From assembly GCA_963675295.2 (NCBI GenBank), contig CAXXKJ010000001.1:210430-274429 (forward strand): a stretch of DNA of 64,000 nt, read 5' to 3'. Origin of the DNA: a bacterium (GTDB lineage: Bacteria > Electryoneota > Electryoneia > Electryoneales > Electryoneaceae). Every line of letters starts with the position of its first letter. The first letter of the stretch is position 1. This document shows positions 39,972 to 50,344 of this stretch, piece by piece. A program made the position numbers and the translations under genes. The notes beneath the pieces are model-generated. The model had not been told where the DNA came from and ran no database searches. It was given only the letters and a program-made list of their open reading frames with translations.

Positions 39972-42900
39972 TCAGGTCGCATCCAGCGTGGCACGGACCT
40001 TCGCGGCGAGGTCGTTCATCGTGAACGGCTTCTGGATGAACTGGAGGCCCTTCTCGAGCAAACCACGATGGGTGATCACTTCGTCCGTGTAGCCCGACAT
40101 GTAAAGCACGCGCAGGTTCGGGACCACTGACGAGATCTGTTCATACAATTCACGCCCGTTCATTTTCGGCATCACGACGTCCGTCAACAACATCGAAACG
40201 TCCGAGTTCAAGGACTTGATTTTTTCCAACGCGTTGAAGCCATCCCGCGCGGTGATGGTGGTGTAACCAAATCGCTCAAGCATCGACGCCACCAGCTTCC
40301 GCACTTCTTCGTTGTCCTCGACGACCAGGATCGTTTCCGAACCGGTCACGGCCTCGCTTTTCACAGCCTGTTCCTCGGCGGATCGTTCAGACTCGCTAAC
40401 CGGGAGGTAGACTTTGAACGTTGTCCCGTTGCCGGGTTCGCTGTACACCAAGATGGTGCCGCCGTGCTGCTTCACAATGCCGAAAACTGTCGCCAGTCCC
40501 AGTCCGGTTCCCTTTTCGCCCTTGGTCGAGTAGAACGGTTCGAAGACCCGCATCCGGGTTTCTTCGTCCATGCCTTCGCCGGTGTCTCTGACGGTCAGCA
40601 GGACATATTCACCGGGGTCCACATCCGCGTGTTGCGCGATATAATCTTTGTCGAGGTGTGTCAGGCTCGTTTCGATCGTCACCGTACCCTGTGCGGGGAT
40701 CGCGTCGAGGGCGTTCACGATCAGGTTCATCAGGATCTGTTCGAGCTGATTGATATCCGCATCAACCGGCTTGATTGATTCAGACAGTTGCACACTCAGC
40801 CTGACGTCTTCAGGAATGGTCCGGCGCAACAAATCTTGAATATCCATTACGATCTGGTTGACATCTACCTGCTTCACAATTAACGCCTGCTTCCGGCTGA
40901 AGGCGAGCAGCTGACGGATCAAGTCGCGCGCCTTGAAGCTGGCGCTGAGTAGATCCTTGACCAATTCCCGTTCTTCGCCGTCGAGTTGCTCAGATTCTGA
41001 AAGGAACTCACCGCAGCCGATAATCGGCACCAGCAGGTTGTTCAAGTCGTGCGCGATCCCACCGGCAAGGCTGCCGATCGCATCCATTTTCGCCGCCTGC
41101 ATCAGCTGCTGCTGCAGGCTTTCACGTTCGGCTGCCGACTGCAGACGATCGGTGATATCACGGGCAACACCGAGCACCCCAACGAGATTTCCATCCGCAT
41201 CGAGCATCGGCGTCTTGATACTCTCTACATTTTCCGTATGCCCGTCTTCAGGGTAGGTTACGACCTCTTCCACAGCCAGCGTCTGACCGGATTTAATGAC
41301 TTTCTGGTCGTTGGCGCTGTAGAGTTCGGCATCTTCCTTGAGAAACAGATCGAAATCCGTTTTGCCGATCAGTTCGGCTTCCGGGAAGCCGATCAGCCGT
41401 TCAAACTTCCGGTTGCAACTGAGATAGCGTCCCTCGGCGTCCTTCACCCAGACCAGGTCAGGGATTGTGTTCAACAGGGTTCGCAGGTGCATTTCACGAT
41501 TGGCCAGCACTTCCTCGGCATTCTTGCGTTCTGTAATGTCGAGATACGTGCCGCTGATGCGAAACGGCTGCCCGTTTTCGTCCCGCTCGGTAATCCGGCC
41601 TCGGGATATCACCCAGTATGTGTCACCAGAAGCACTTTGCAGGGGAAGTTCTGTCTGATAAAACTTCGTCTTGCCATCAAGATATTCTTGCAGCTTTTGT
41701 TCTACATCATTTCGGATGGAATCAGGTATCATCCCACGCCAGTCAGCAGGGTCCAGTACTCCTTGTTTCAAAGTGTATTCAAGCTTCTTCGCCCATTGTT
41801 CATTCAGACTTGCCCGATTCACAGCCAGATCCCAGTCCCAGATACCGAGGTCAGCTGCCTCAACCGCCATTTCCGCGCGATGACGAGTGGTTTCCAACTC
41901 ATGAGTCCGTTCCGCCACCAGCTGCTCGAGTTGCAATCGGCGCCGCAGGATCAACCGGGTGAGAATTGTCAGCGCTAGAGTCAAAAGTGTTCCCGCCAGC
42001 AGGACAAATCCAGCGGCACGGATCGGGTGAATCTCATACAGGCCGGGGCCTGCCGAAGTGGTCACCCTGAAGGTGCGGCCAAAGGCAAAGATCGGCCAGG
42101 TTTCCGCAAAATTCTGATGGTTCTCCACACCCTTAGTTCCCGAAACCACCTGGATCGAATGCTGATCGGCAGAATAGCCGCTGGTTAACGCCAGCGAGAT
42201 GGTTTGATTCGGACGGGCGGACATCAACAACTCTTGAAAGTCCAGCACGCAGGCGACAAAACCAACACCTTGGCTACCGATGCCGGTTTGCCGTACCTCC
42301 TTGAATGCAAGCACGTAGCCTTCAAAAAACTCATGTTCAATCAAATCTGTGCAAACGGGACGACGGCTTGCTGAGGCACGGTCAATTGCTTCAGCTAAAA
42401 ATTCATCCCGGTAACAATCAAATCCCAGGTATGTACCGTGCTCTGCTCTTGACGTAATCCGTGTTATCGGGTAGTACAGCGTGTCGCCACCCGGCGGGAT
42501 TGCGGAATCGCCGTCTTGCGAATACCAGATTCTGAAGCCCTGAACTCCCTCGTCCCGCATCCGGCGTTCGAAGGTGGTGCGTTGCTCCGGCGTGACCCGG
42601 GAAATCCACAGCCACGCACGCACCGCAGGATTGTCCATCAGATAGTCGGTATAGTCAGAGTATTCGCTGGCGGTGACATATTCGCTGGCAACGAAGAACC
42701 GGGCTAATGCCTCCATTTCCACATTCTGCAGCGAGTGAAACGTCTTGGAAAGCGCCGTCAGTTTATCCAGACCCAATTGGACAAAAGCACGTTGACGGGA
42801 GTCCGCCTCCTTGTTGTCGGCGACCATGGCCACGACCACTGTCAGCAGCAGTCCAACCACAACGATATGAAATGCTGCACGGTAGGCGTGTACTTCGACT

Positions 42901-43580
42901 ACGCGCTCGGTTTGCCGGGTGGAACGCTGCAGAATCAACTGGCCGAGCAACAATATTAAGATCGCGCCAACGGTCAAACTGCCAATCAACGCAAGGATTC
43001 CCGGTCTGAATTGGGACCAACCCGAAAGTGCATACTCGATCCCAAGCACCGAGGGCGGTTCATCCGGTTTCCCACTGTGGATCGGCGCAAACACTCGAAC
43101 ACGGGCATGAAGGGGAACCAGTTTCTGTAACAGATTCTTCGTATCCGCCACCGAAATGACGTGACGGTCGGTTACCACATGACGCAACATTGGCTGAAGA
43201 TCGCCGGACCCGCTGAACCCGGATTGATCGTCATCAGCCGAAAGGGCGAGGGACAGGTCCGGAAAGAACTCACCGTTCTCATCCATCCGGAAGTGCACCA
43301 TCGACTGGTACTGATCGTCCAGCATTAGGAGGGTCTGCAATGCATCTAGGATCGGCGAAGGCGTGTCGCCAGTAGGGTCTTTTGCCGGTGGAAACCGCGA
43401 AACCGAGAGCTCAATTGCCGTGAACTCTGTCTTCGCTTCGAAGGTCCGTATCAATTGCCGATACTGGGTATGGATGACAAACGAGATGCCGACAAGTCCG
43501 ATGAGGATTATCAGCAGCACACTTCCCACCAGGCCGTAAGCTACTGTCCGGCGCTGTGTCGAAGTGGTGACTGTGGGCAT
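39972..43580 (-). CDS. Hybrid sensor kinase/response regulator (CHASE-like, PAS, HisKA, HATPase, REC)
   Basis: TMs; LGIWDWD and PDLVWVKD PAS motifs; AGGIAHDLNN; GTGLGL; ILVVEDN...LLTDVVMP...KPF. Confidence 0.92.
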   Translation of the reverse strand: MPTVTTSTQRRTVAYGLVGSVLLIILIGLVGISFVIHTQYRQLIRTFEAKTEFTAIELSVSRFPPAKDPTGDTPSPILDALQTLLMLDDQYQSMVHFRMDENGEFFPDLSLALSADDDQSGFSGSGDLQPMLRHVVTDRHVISVADTKNLLQKLVPLHARVRVFAPIHSGKPDEPPSVLGIEYALSGWSQFRPGILALIGSLTVGAILILLLGQLILQRSTRQTERVVEVHAYRAAFHIVVVGLLLTVVVAMVADNKEADSRQRAFVQLGLDKLTALSKTFHSLQNVEMEALARFFVASEYVTASEYSDYTDYLMDNPAVRAWLWISRVTPEQRTTFERRMRDEGVQGFRIWYSQDGDSAIPPGGDTLYYPITRITSRAEHGTYLGFDCYRDEFLAEAIDRASASRRPVCTDLIEHEFFEGYVLAFKEVRQTGIGSQGVGFVACVLDFQELLMSARPNQTISLALTSGYSADQHSIQVVSGTKGVENHQNFAETWPIFAFGRTFRVTTSAGPGLYEIHPIRAAGFVLLAGTLLTLALTILTRLILRRRLQLEQLVAERTHELETTRHRAEMAVEAADLGIWDWDLAVNRASLNEQWAKKLEYTLKQGVLDPADWRGMIPDSIRNDVEQKLQEYLDGKTKFYQTELPLQSASGDTYWVISRGRITERDENGQPFRISGTYLDITERKNAEEVLANREMHLRTLLNTIPDLVWVKDAEGRYLSCNRKFERLIGFPEAELIGKTDFDLFLKEDAELYSANDQKVIKSGQTLAVEEVVTYPEDGHTENVESIKTPMLDADGNLVGVLGVARDITDRLQSAAERESLQQQLMQAAKMDAIGSLAGGIAHDLNNLLVPIIGCGEFLSESEQLDGEERELVKDLLSASFKARDLIRQLLAFSRKQALIVKQVDVNQIVMDIQDLLRRTIPEDVRLSVQLSESIKPVDADINQLEQILMNLIVNALDAIPAQGTVTIETSLTHLDKDYIAQHADVDPGEYVLLTVRDTGEGMDEETRMRVFEPFYSTKGEKGTGLGLATVFGIVKQHGGTILVYSEPGNGTTFKVYLPVSESERSAEEQAVKSEAVTGSETILVVEDNEEVRKLVASMLERFGYTTITARDGFNALEKIKSLNSDVSMLLTDVVMPKMNGRELYEQISSVVPNLRVLYMSGYTDEVITHRGLLEKGLQFIQKPFTMNDLAAKVRATLDAT

Positions 43581-43834
43581 GCGATTGAACCTCGTATCCG
43601 GACCCGCGAAGCCAAATCTACGAACAGAATACCCGGTATTCTGACAAGGAGGTGGTTCCGTTCACGCGAAAGAGTCTGTTCGAAGTTGAAGCTTGCTACG
43701 GCCGGGTGCGGAAATCATGAACCATGCTCCGGCCAGTGAGCGGACAGCGAAGGAATCTCTCAAGCCCGAAAATGGTCTTCCACAACGATCCGACGTACTT
43801 TCCATTGATCTTGCCACACAAACCGGGAGGTGAT

Positions 43835-46066
43835 GTGCGTCTGAGGTGGACACTGCTGTCCCTGTTTGCCGCCCTACTGGTTACTACGCCGGGCGTAGGC
43901 GACGAATCGTCTGAGATCAACCTGGTCGTTGACGGTGTCAGCGACTACCGTATCGTGCTCCCGGCGGACTCGTCCCCCGAACTCTCCGCGCACGCCACCC
44001 TGCTGCACACCACCATCCGGCGCATCTCCGGTGCGGTGATTCCGGTCGTGACCACCCCCAATCCAGCCGGACACAACATCCGCTTTATCCTCGATGAGCA
44101 CGATACTATCGGGTATGGTGTCGATGGCTTCCGCATTCTCACCACGGACAAGTCGGTTCGTTTCTACGCTCACACCGAGCGCGGCATCCGCAACGCCGTC
44201 TACACCTTCCTCGAATCCTGTCTCGGCTGCCGCAAGTGGAGCGAAACGGACGAATTCATCCCGCAACGCAAAACCATCACGCTACCGTTTATCGACGACA
44301 CGCAGATTCCACGCTTCCACTTCCGAATGCAGGATTTCAAGGACCCCGGCTACAACGCGTGGCACAAGCTGAGCTCGCTGGAGGAGTGGGGGTTGTTCGT
44401 GCACACCTTCGACGACCTCGTCCCGCCCGAACGCTATTTCGACGATCACCCCGAGTATTTCTCGGAAAATCTCGGTGTGCGCACTCCGGAGGGACAGCTG
44501 TGTCTCAGCAATCCAGACGTGTTCCGCATCGTGGTCGACGAACTCCGGCACCGCATGGAGGAAAACCCGGACGCGCACTACTGGTCGGTGTCCCAGAACG
44601 ACACCTACCTGCCGTGCACCTGCGACGACTGCCGGGCCATTGACGATGAGGAAGGTTCACACTCCGGCTCGATCATCCGCTTTGTCAATCGTGTCGCAGC
44701 GGAATTTCCGGACAAGACAATTTCGACGCTGGCCTATCAATACTCACGCCATGCCCCCGCGATAACCCGCCCCGTGCAAAATGTCAACATCATGTTGTGC
44801 AGCATCGAATGCGACCGCAGCCGGCCCATCGCCGCCGACACCAGCGCGGGGTCATTCGCGCGGGATGTGCTCGACTGGAGCGAGCTGACGGACAACATCT
44901 TCCTCTGGGATTACGTCATCCAGTTCCGCAACCTGATGAGTCCGTTCCCGAACCTGCACATCCTGCAGCCGAACCTGCAATTTTTCGCCGAACACGGCAT
45001 CACCGCCGTCTTCGAGCAGGGGCTGCGAAACATGCAGGGCGAGTTCGCCGAACTGCGCGCCTACATGCTGGCCAAGCTGCTGTGGGACCCATATGTCGAC
45101 GCCGACAGCGTGATGACCGATTTCCTCACCGGCTACTACGGGAATGACGCCCCGCAAATCCGACGCTACATCGAAACGATGCATGCCGCGCTCGACCAAT
45201 CCGGCGAAGGGTTGTCCAGCTTCGGGTATCCGTTTCCGTCCGAACACGGCTACCTTTCCGCCGCGATGATCGACAGCTACCGCGTCATCTTCGATGACGC
45301 CGAGGCCACCGTTGCCGGTCAACCGGTGTTCCGTGAGCGGGTATGGCAGGCACGCCTGCCGCTGCAATACGCCCGCCTCGAGCAGGCGAAACTGCTGGCG
45401 GATGGTCCACGCGGCTGTTTCGATCTGGATGATCACGGCCTGCGTCGAGTCAAACCGGAGTTTGACGCGCTGCTGGACACGTTCACCGTTCGCTGCGAAC
45501 GCTACCACGTCATCCGCCTGTGGGAGCACGGCATCGCGCCGTCCGAGTACCACGACACCACACGTTCCTTCTTCGACGGTTCGACTACTCCACACCTCGC
45601 GCTGGAGTGTCCGGTGCAATTGGCTACACCAGCCAGCGCGAAGTACCACGACGGCGAAGCGCACGCCCTCACTGACGGCCTCGTCGCGTGGAACGATTAC
45701 AACATGCACTGGCTCGGGTTCGAGGGCGAGGACATGGACGCTACCATCGACCTGGGCCACGCGCAGCCAGTTGACCGAATCGAGACCGCATTTTTGCAGG
45801 ATCAGATGGCGTGGATTTTTCTGCCGGTGACGGTTACCGTATCCGTTTCCGAAGACGGCAACACCTGGGTTCCGATCGCCACCGTTCCAGCACAGCTTGC
45901 TCCGGATCATGACGGCGCGGTGCGGGTACCCTTCCGTGTTACCTTGTCCGCGGGTCCGGTGCGCTTTATACGCGTCCATGCTGTCAACCAGAAGCAATGC
46001 CCGCCGTGGCACAAGGGCGCGGGCGGGCCGGCGTGGGTGTTCTGCGATGAGATTCGCGTCTACTGA
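43835..46066 (+). CDS. Secreted DUF4838-type glycoside-hydrolase-like protein with C-terminal F5/8-type domain
   Basis: GGAGG plus GTG start; HPEYF, QLCLSNP, SVSQND, STLAYQY, WDYV; LTDG...WLGF...IDLG...WVFCDEI. Confidence 0.75.
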   Translation: MRLRWTLLSLFAALLVTTPGVGDESSEINLVVDGVSDYRIVLPADSSPELSAHATLLHTTIRRISGAVIPVVTTPNPAGHNIRFILDEHDTIGYGVDGFRILTTDKSVRFYAHTERGIRNAVYTFLESCLGCRKWSETDEFIPQRKTITLPFIDDTQIPRFHFRMQDFKDPGYNAWHKLSSLEEWGLFVHTFDDLVPPERYFDDHPEYFSENLGVRTPEGQLCLSNPDVFRIVVDELRHRMEENPDAHYWSVSQNDTYLPCTCDDCRAIDDEEGSHSGSIIRFVNRVAAEFPDKTISTLAYQYSRHAPAITRPVQNVNIMLCSIECDRSRPIAADTSAGSFARDVLDWSELTDNIFLWDYVIQFRNLMSPFPNLHILQPNLQFFAEHGITAVFEQGLRNMQGEFAELRAYMLAKLLWDPYVDADSVMTDFLTGYYGNDAPQIRRYIETMHAALDQSGEGLSSFGYPFPSEHGYLSAAMIDSYRVIFDDAEATVAGQPVFRERVWQARLPLQYARLEQAKLLADGPRGCFDLDDHGLRRVKPEFDALLDTFTVRCERYHVIRLWEHGIAPSEYHDTTRSFFDGSTTPHLALECPVQLATPASAKYHDGEAHALTDGLVAWNDYNMHWLGFEGEDMDATIDLGHAQPVDRIETAFLQDQMAWIFLPVTVTVSVSEDGNTWVPIATVPAQLAPDHDGAVRVPFRVTLSAGPVRFIRVHAVNQKQCPPWHKGAGGPAWVFCDEIRVY

Positions 46067-46125
46067 TCGAGGGTGCGAATGCGACGGCTGACCCTCACTC
46101 CATGTGTGAAAGGATCGTGTTGATC

Positions 46126-48783
46126 ATGACACGTCTGCGTGTGATTGTGCTTCTGGTGTTGACTGCGCTGATCCTGCTGCCGGGTCCGGTGACCGTGGCC
46201 CGTGCGCTTGATCCCTGCGACGATCCCGAATTGTCCATCGACCAGCGGGTCGCTACGCTGCTGTCTCAAATGACCGTCGCCGAAAAGATCGCGCAGATGG
46301 ACATGCTCAGCGGACGTCCACTGGCAAACACCGTCCAGCTCGACACCACCCTCGCTCACTCACTGGTCAGCCCGGACGGCGTCGGCTCGATCCACGATTT
46401 CTACCCCGCGTCCGCAAGCCTCGCCAACGAACTGCAGGCGTTCATCATCGCCAACAACCGCCTCGGCATCCCTGCGCTGTTCATCGAGGAAACCCTGCAC
46501 GGCTACGTCCAGCCCGGCAGCACCACCTTCCCGATTCCGCTCGCGTTGGCGGCCACCTGGGACCCGGAGCTGGTGGAACAAACCGGGCACGCCATCGCAT
46601 CCGAGGCCCGCGCACACGGTACGCACGCCGGCCTCAGCCCGGTGCTCGGTATCGCCCGCGACCCACGCTGGGGCAGGGTGGAGGAGACCTTCGGCGAAGA
46701 CACGTATCTCGCATCCGCCTTGGGCACGGCAATGGTGCGCGGCATGCAGGGCGACAAATTATGCGCGCCGGACGCGATCGTTTCCGTCGTCAAGCACTTC
46801 GCGGTGCACAGCCAGCCCACCTCGGGGACAAACTCCTCGCCGGTTTCGGTCGGCAAACGTGATGCGCTGCAGTTCTTCCTGCCCGTTTTTCATGCGGCTA
46901 TCGGTGAGGGCGGCGCGCGCGGGGTGATGAGCGCCTATTCCGAATGGAATGGTGTCCCCTGCACCGGCGATTCGTGGCTGCTGACCGATCTGCTGCGCGA
47001 CCAATGGGGTTTTGACGGCTTCACGCTCGCCGACATGGGTGCGATCCGCATGCTCGCAACCTGCCACTTCACCACCGATTCGCCCGGCGCGTCGTTGCAA
47101 CGAGCCGTCTCCGCCGGGATGGACATGCAGTTCTACGATTTCCCCAGCGGCATCTTCCGTTCCGAGCTGCTCGCGCTGGTCGAATCCGGCGAACTTTCGA
47201 TGGCCGATCTCGACCGGGCGGCGGGGGATATCCTGCGCGTCAAATTCGAGCTCGGCCTGTTCGACAATCCGTATGTCGATCCGGACCACGCGCAAGCGTC
47301 CAGCAACGACAGCCCGCACCGCGAGCTCGCCCGTCAGGCCGCACGTGAATCTATCGTCCTGCTGCAGAATGACGGCGTTCTGCCCTTCTCCGACGACGTG
47401 AAACGCATCGCGCTGATCGGTCCGGCGGGTACCAGCGATTACACGGGCGGCTACTCGCCACGCAACGCGTCCGCGGTGACCCTCTACGACGGTCTCGCCG
47501 CATTGCGGCCGGAGGGCGTGCAGATGCGCTACGAGTCGGGTGTGTCGTTCCTGAATGCGGGCAACTCCATCCCGTCACCCGCATTGTGGACGGAAGATGA
47601 GGCGTCGCTCGGTCTGGACGCCGAATATTTCGACAATCCCGACCTCGCCGGCGAACCCGTTCTGACCCGTATCGACCCGGCGGTGGATTTCAACTGGGAC
47701 ACCCATTCCCCCGCCGAAGGTTTGCCGCCGGACAGCTTCTCGGTGCGTTGGACCGGCTGGCTGAAACCGACCCAGGACGTACACGGCTGGATCGGCGTCA
47801 GCTCCGACGACGGTTCGCGGCTGTGGCTGGACGGAAAGCTGGTGATTGACACGTGGGACACCGGCGTCACCATCCGCCGCCATGAAGTCCACCTGCGCGC
47901 CGGTGAACGCTACGCCATCCGGATGGAATACCGCGAGAATCTGTGGGGCGCATCGGCGTCGCTGCGTTGGAATGTGGGCGCGGAAGACATGGACGCCGCC
48001 GTCGCACTGGCTGAGTGGGCCGATGTCGCGGTCGTTGCGGTGGGTGAGAACGATATGCTCGTTGGCGAAAACCGGGACCGGCTGTCGCTGGAACTGAGCG
48101 GCAACCAGGCGGAGCTGGTGCGCCGTGTCGCCGCGAGCGGCACGCCGGTCGTGCTGACGCTGATCTCCGGCCGCCCGATCGCGCTGGGTGATCTCACCGG
48201 TCGCGTCAACGCCATCGCCGCCGCGTGGTTTGGCGGGGAACAGGCGGGTTTGGCACTCGCCGAGGTGCTGTACGGGCAGATCGACCCATCAGGCCGGCTG
48301 CCGATCACCTTCCCGCGCCAAACCGGCCAGGTGCCGTGCAACTACAATCACAAGCCGTCGAAGATCCTGCGCTACGTGGACGGAGACGCCCGCCCGGCGT
48401 TCCCGTTCGGGCACGGCTTGACGTATACAAGCTTCGAGTACAGCAACCTGCGCCTGCAGACTCGCAGTTGCGCGCCGGAGGATACTGTCCGTTTCTCCGT
48501 GGACGTCCGCAACACCGGAACTCGCGACGCCACCGCCGTGGTGCAGGTCTACATCAACGACCGCATCAGCTCGGTGACCACGCCGGTCAAGGAGCTGAAG
48601 GCGTTCCAGCGCGTACCGGTCGCAGCTAGCGCGACGCAAACCGTATACGTCGCCATCCCCGTCGAGCGATTCGCGCTGATCAATGCCGAGCTGGACCGCG
48701 TCGTCGAACCGGGCAGATTTGACCTGATGATCGGCGAATCGTCGGAGGACATTCGTCTCACAACATCGTTCACCGTCGAGTGA
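46126..48783 (+). CDS. GH3 beta-glucosidase/xylosidase with PA14 insert and Fn3-like domain
   Basis: RDPRWGRVEETFGED, KHF, VMSAY, WGFDG; FSVRWTG...SDDG (PA14); FPFGHGLTY. Confidence 0.92.
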   Translation: MTRLRVIVLLVLTALILLPGPVTVARALDPCDDPELSIDQRVATLLSQMTVAEKIAQMDMLSGRPLANTVQLDTTLAHSLVSPDGVGSIHDFYPASASLANELQAFIIANNRLGIPALFIEETLHGYVQPGSTTFPIPLALAATWDPELVEQTGHAIASEARAHGTHAGLSPVLGIARDPRWGRVEETFGEDTYLASALGTAMVRGMQGDKLCAPDAIVSVVKHFAVHSQPTSGTNSSPVSVGKRDALQFFLPVFHAAIGEGGARGVMSAYSEWNGVPCTGDSWLLTDLLRDQWGFDGFTLADMGAIRMLATCHFTTDSPGASLQRAVSAGMDMQFYDFPSGIFRSELLALVESGELSMADLDRAAGDILRVKFELGLFDNPYVDPDHAQASSNDSPHRELARQAARESIVLLQNDGVLPFSDDVKRIALIGPAGTSDYTGGYSPRNASAVTLYDGLAALRPEGVQMRYESGVSFLNAGNSIPSPALWTEDEASLGLDAEYFDNPDLAGEPVLTRIDPAVDFNWDTHSPAEGLPPDSFSVRWTGWLKPTQDVHGWIGVSSDDGSRLWLDGKLVIDTWDTGVTIRRHEVHLRAGERYAIRMEYRENLWGASASLRWNVGAEDMDAAVALAEWADVAVVAVGENDMLVGENRDRLSLELSGNQAELVRRVAASGTPVVLTLISGRPIALGDLTGRVNAIAAAWFGGEQAGLALAEVLYGQIDPSGRLPITFPRQTGQVPCNYNHKPSKILRYVDGDARPAFPFGHGLTYTSFEYSNLRLQTRSCAPEDTVRFSVDVRNTGTRDATAVVQVYINDRISSVTTPVKELKAFQRVPVAASATQTVYVAIPVERFALINAELDRVVEPGRFDLMIGESSEDIRLTTSFTVE

Positions 48784-48803
48784 ATCCAACATTGAGATCG
48801 ACC

Positions 48804-50237
48804 ATGCCACGCACCCTGACCCCATCCCTGATGCTCATGTTCCTGCTGACGCTCGCCGTCGCGCTGCCGTCCATTGCCGACGAAGCCACCGCCAGCCCGG
48901 ACGTCGAGCGTGAAACCAACCCGCTGGTGCTCGAGAAGCTGGAAACGTGGCAGGACGCCCGCTTCGGCCTGCTGATGCACTGGGGAACGTACAGCCAGGA
49001 AGGCTGGTGCGAGTCGTGGCCGATCTGTTCCGAGGATTGGATCACCCGTCCGGACAGCAACTACCACGACTTCAAGCAACGCTACGAGAACCTGAAATCC
49101 ACCTTCAACCCGGTCGAGTTTGATCCAGACAAATGGGCCGAGCTGGCCGAGGCGGCGGGGATGAAATACGTCGTGTTCACCACCAAGCATCACGACGGCT
49201 TCTGCATGTTCGACACCGAAACTACCGACTACAAGATCACCGATTCGGGCTGTCCGTTCTCCGCCGATCCGCGCGCGAACATCACGCTCGAAATCTTCAA
49301 CGCCTTCCGTGCCCGCGACTTCCTCGTCGGCGCCTACTTCTCCAAGCCGGACTGGCATTCCGATGCCTATTGGTCGCCCTATTGGGCGACGCCAGACCGT
49401 CACTGCAACTACGATCCCGCCGATCACCCGGAGCTGTGGGACGAGTTCAGGCGCTTCACCTATACCCAGATCGAGGAGTTGATGCGTGATTACGGCGAGG
49501 TGGACATCCTGTGGCTGGACGGCGCGTGGGTCGCGCCGGTAACGCCCGTCGAGAACGCCGAGTACGGTGGCCGGCTGAAGAATCAGGATCTCGACATGGA
49601 TTCGCTTGCCGCGCTGGCACGCTCCTACCAGGAAGACCTGATCATCGTCGACCGCTGGATTCACGGCCGCCACGAAAACTACCGCACCCCGGAGCGCAAG
49701 ATCCCGGACGAACCGCTGGACGGCCCGTGGGAAACCTGCATGCCAATGGCTGGCGCGTGGTCGTACTACCCCGGCGACAACTACAAACCCACCCGTGAGA
49801 TCCTGCGGCAATTGACCGACGTCGTCTCACGTGGCGGCAACTACCTGCTCAACATCGGTGTGGACGGTCAGGGCAACCTGCCGGACGACGCAATCAGCCG
49901 TCTCGAGGAACTCGCTGTCTGGATGCAGGTCAACAGCAGCGCGATCCACAACACCCGCGCCGTCGCGCCGTATGTGGATGGCAAATGTCGTCTGACACAG
50001 AACCGGGACGGGTCGATCAACGCGATCTACGTGTCGGACGACGGCGAAAACACCCCGCCGACCCACATCCTGCTGACGTCACAGAATCCGGACGACGAGA
50101 CCGTCATCACCATGCTCGGTGTCGACCAGCCGTTGCACTGGGAAAGCGTCGGCGACGGCATCCTGATCGACATTCCGGACGCCGTGGTCAACCATCCACC
50201 GACAAAGTATGCGTGGGTGATCCGGATCGGGTCTTGA
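48804..50237 (+). CDS. GH29 alpha-L-fucosidase
   Basis: FGLLMHWG, FNPVEFD, TTKHHDGF, ILWLDG, GGNYLLNIG. Confidence 0.93.
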   Translation: MPRTLTPSLMLMFLLTLAVALPSIADEATASPDVERETNPLVLEKLETWQDARFGLLMHWGTYSQEGWCESWPICSEDWITRPDSNYHDFKQRYENLKSTFNPVEFDPDKWAELAEAAGMKYVVFTTKHHDGFCMFDTETTDYKITDSGCPFSADPRANITLEIFNAFRARDFLVGAYFSKPDWHSDAYWSPYWATPDRHCNYDPADHPELWDEFRRFTYTQIEELMRDYGEVDILWLDGAWVAPVTPVENAEYGGRLKNQDLDMDSLAALARSYQEDLIIVDRWIHGRHENYRTPERKIPDEPLDGPWETCMPMAGAWSYYPGDNYKPTREILRQLTDVVSRGGNYLLNIGVDGQGNLPDDAISRLEELAVWMQVNSSAIHNTRAVAPYVDGKCRLTQNRDGSINAIYVSDDGENTPPTHILLTSQNPDDETVITMLGVDQPLHWESVGDGILIDIPDAVVNHPPTKYAWVIRIGS

Positions 50238-50344
50238 TCCCCACCCACCCCCGTCTCGCGAGGTGAAAACTACTCGTGGTCTCCACTCCGCTGGCGCCAG
50301 TATAATCCATCCATGACCTTGATCAGCCGACCGGTGGAGGATGG

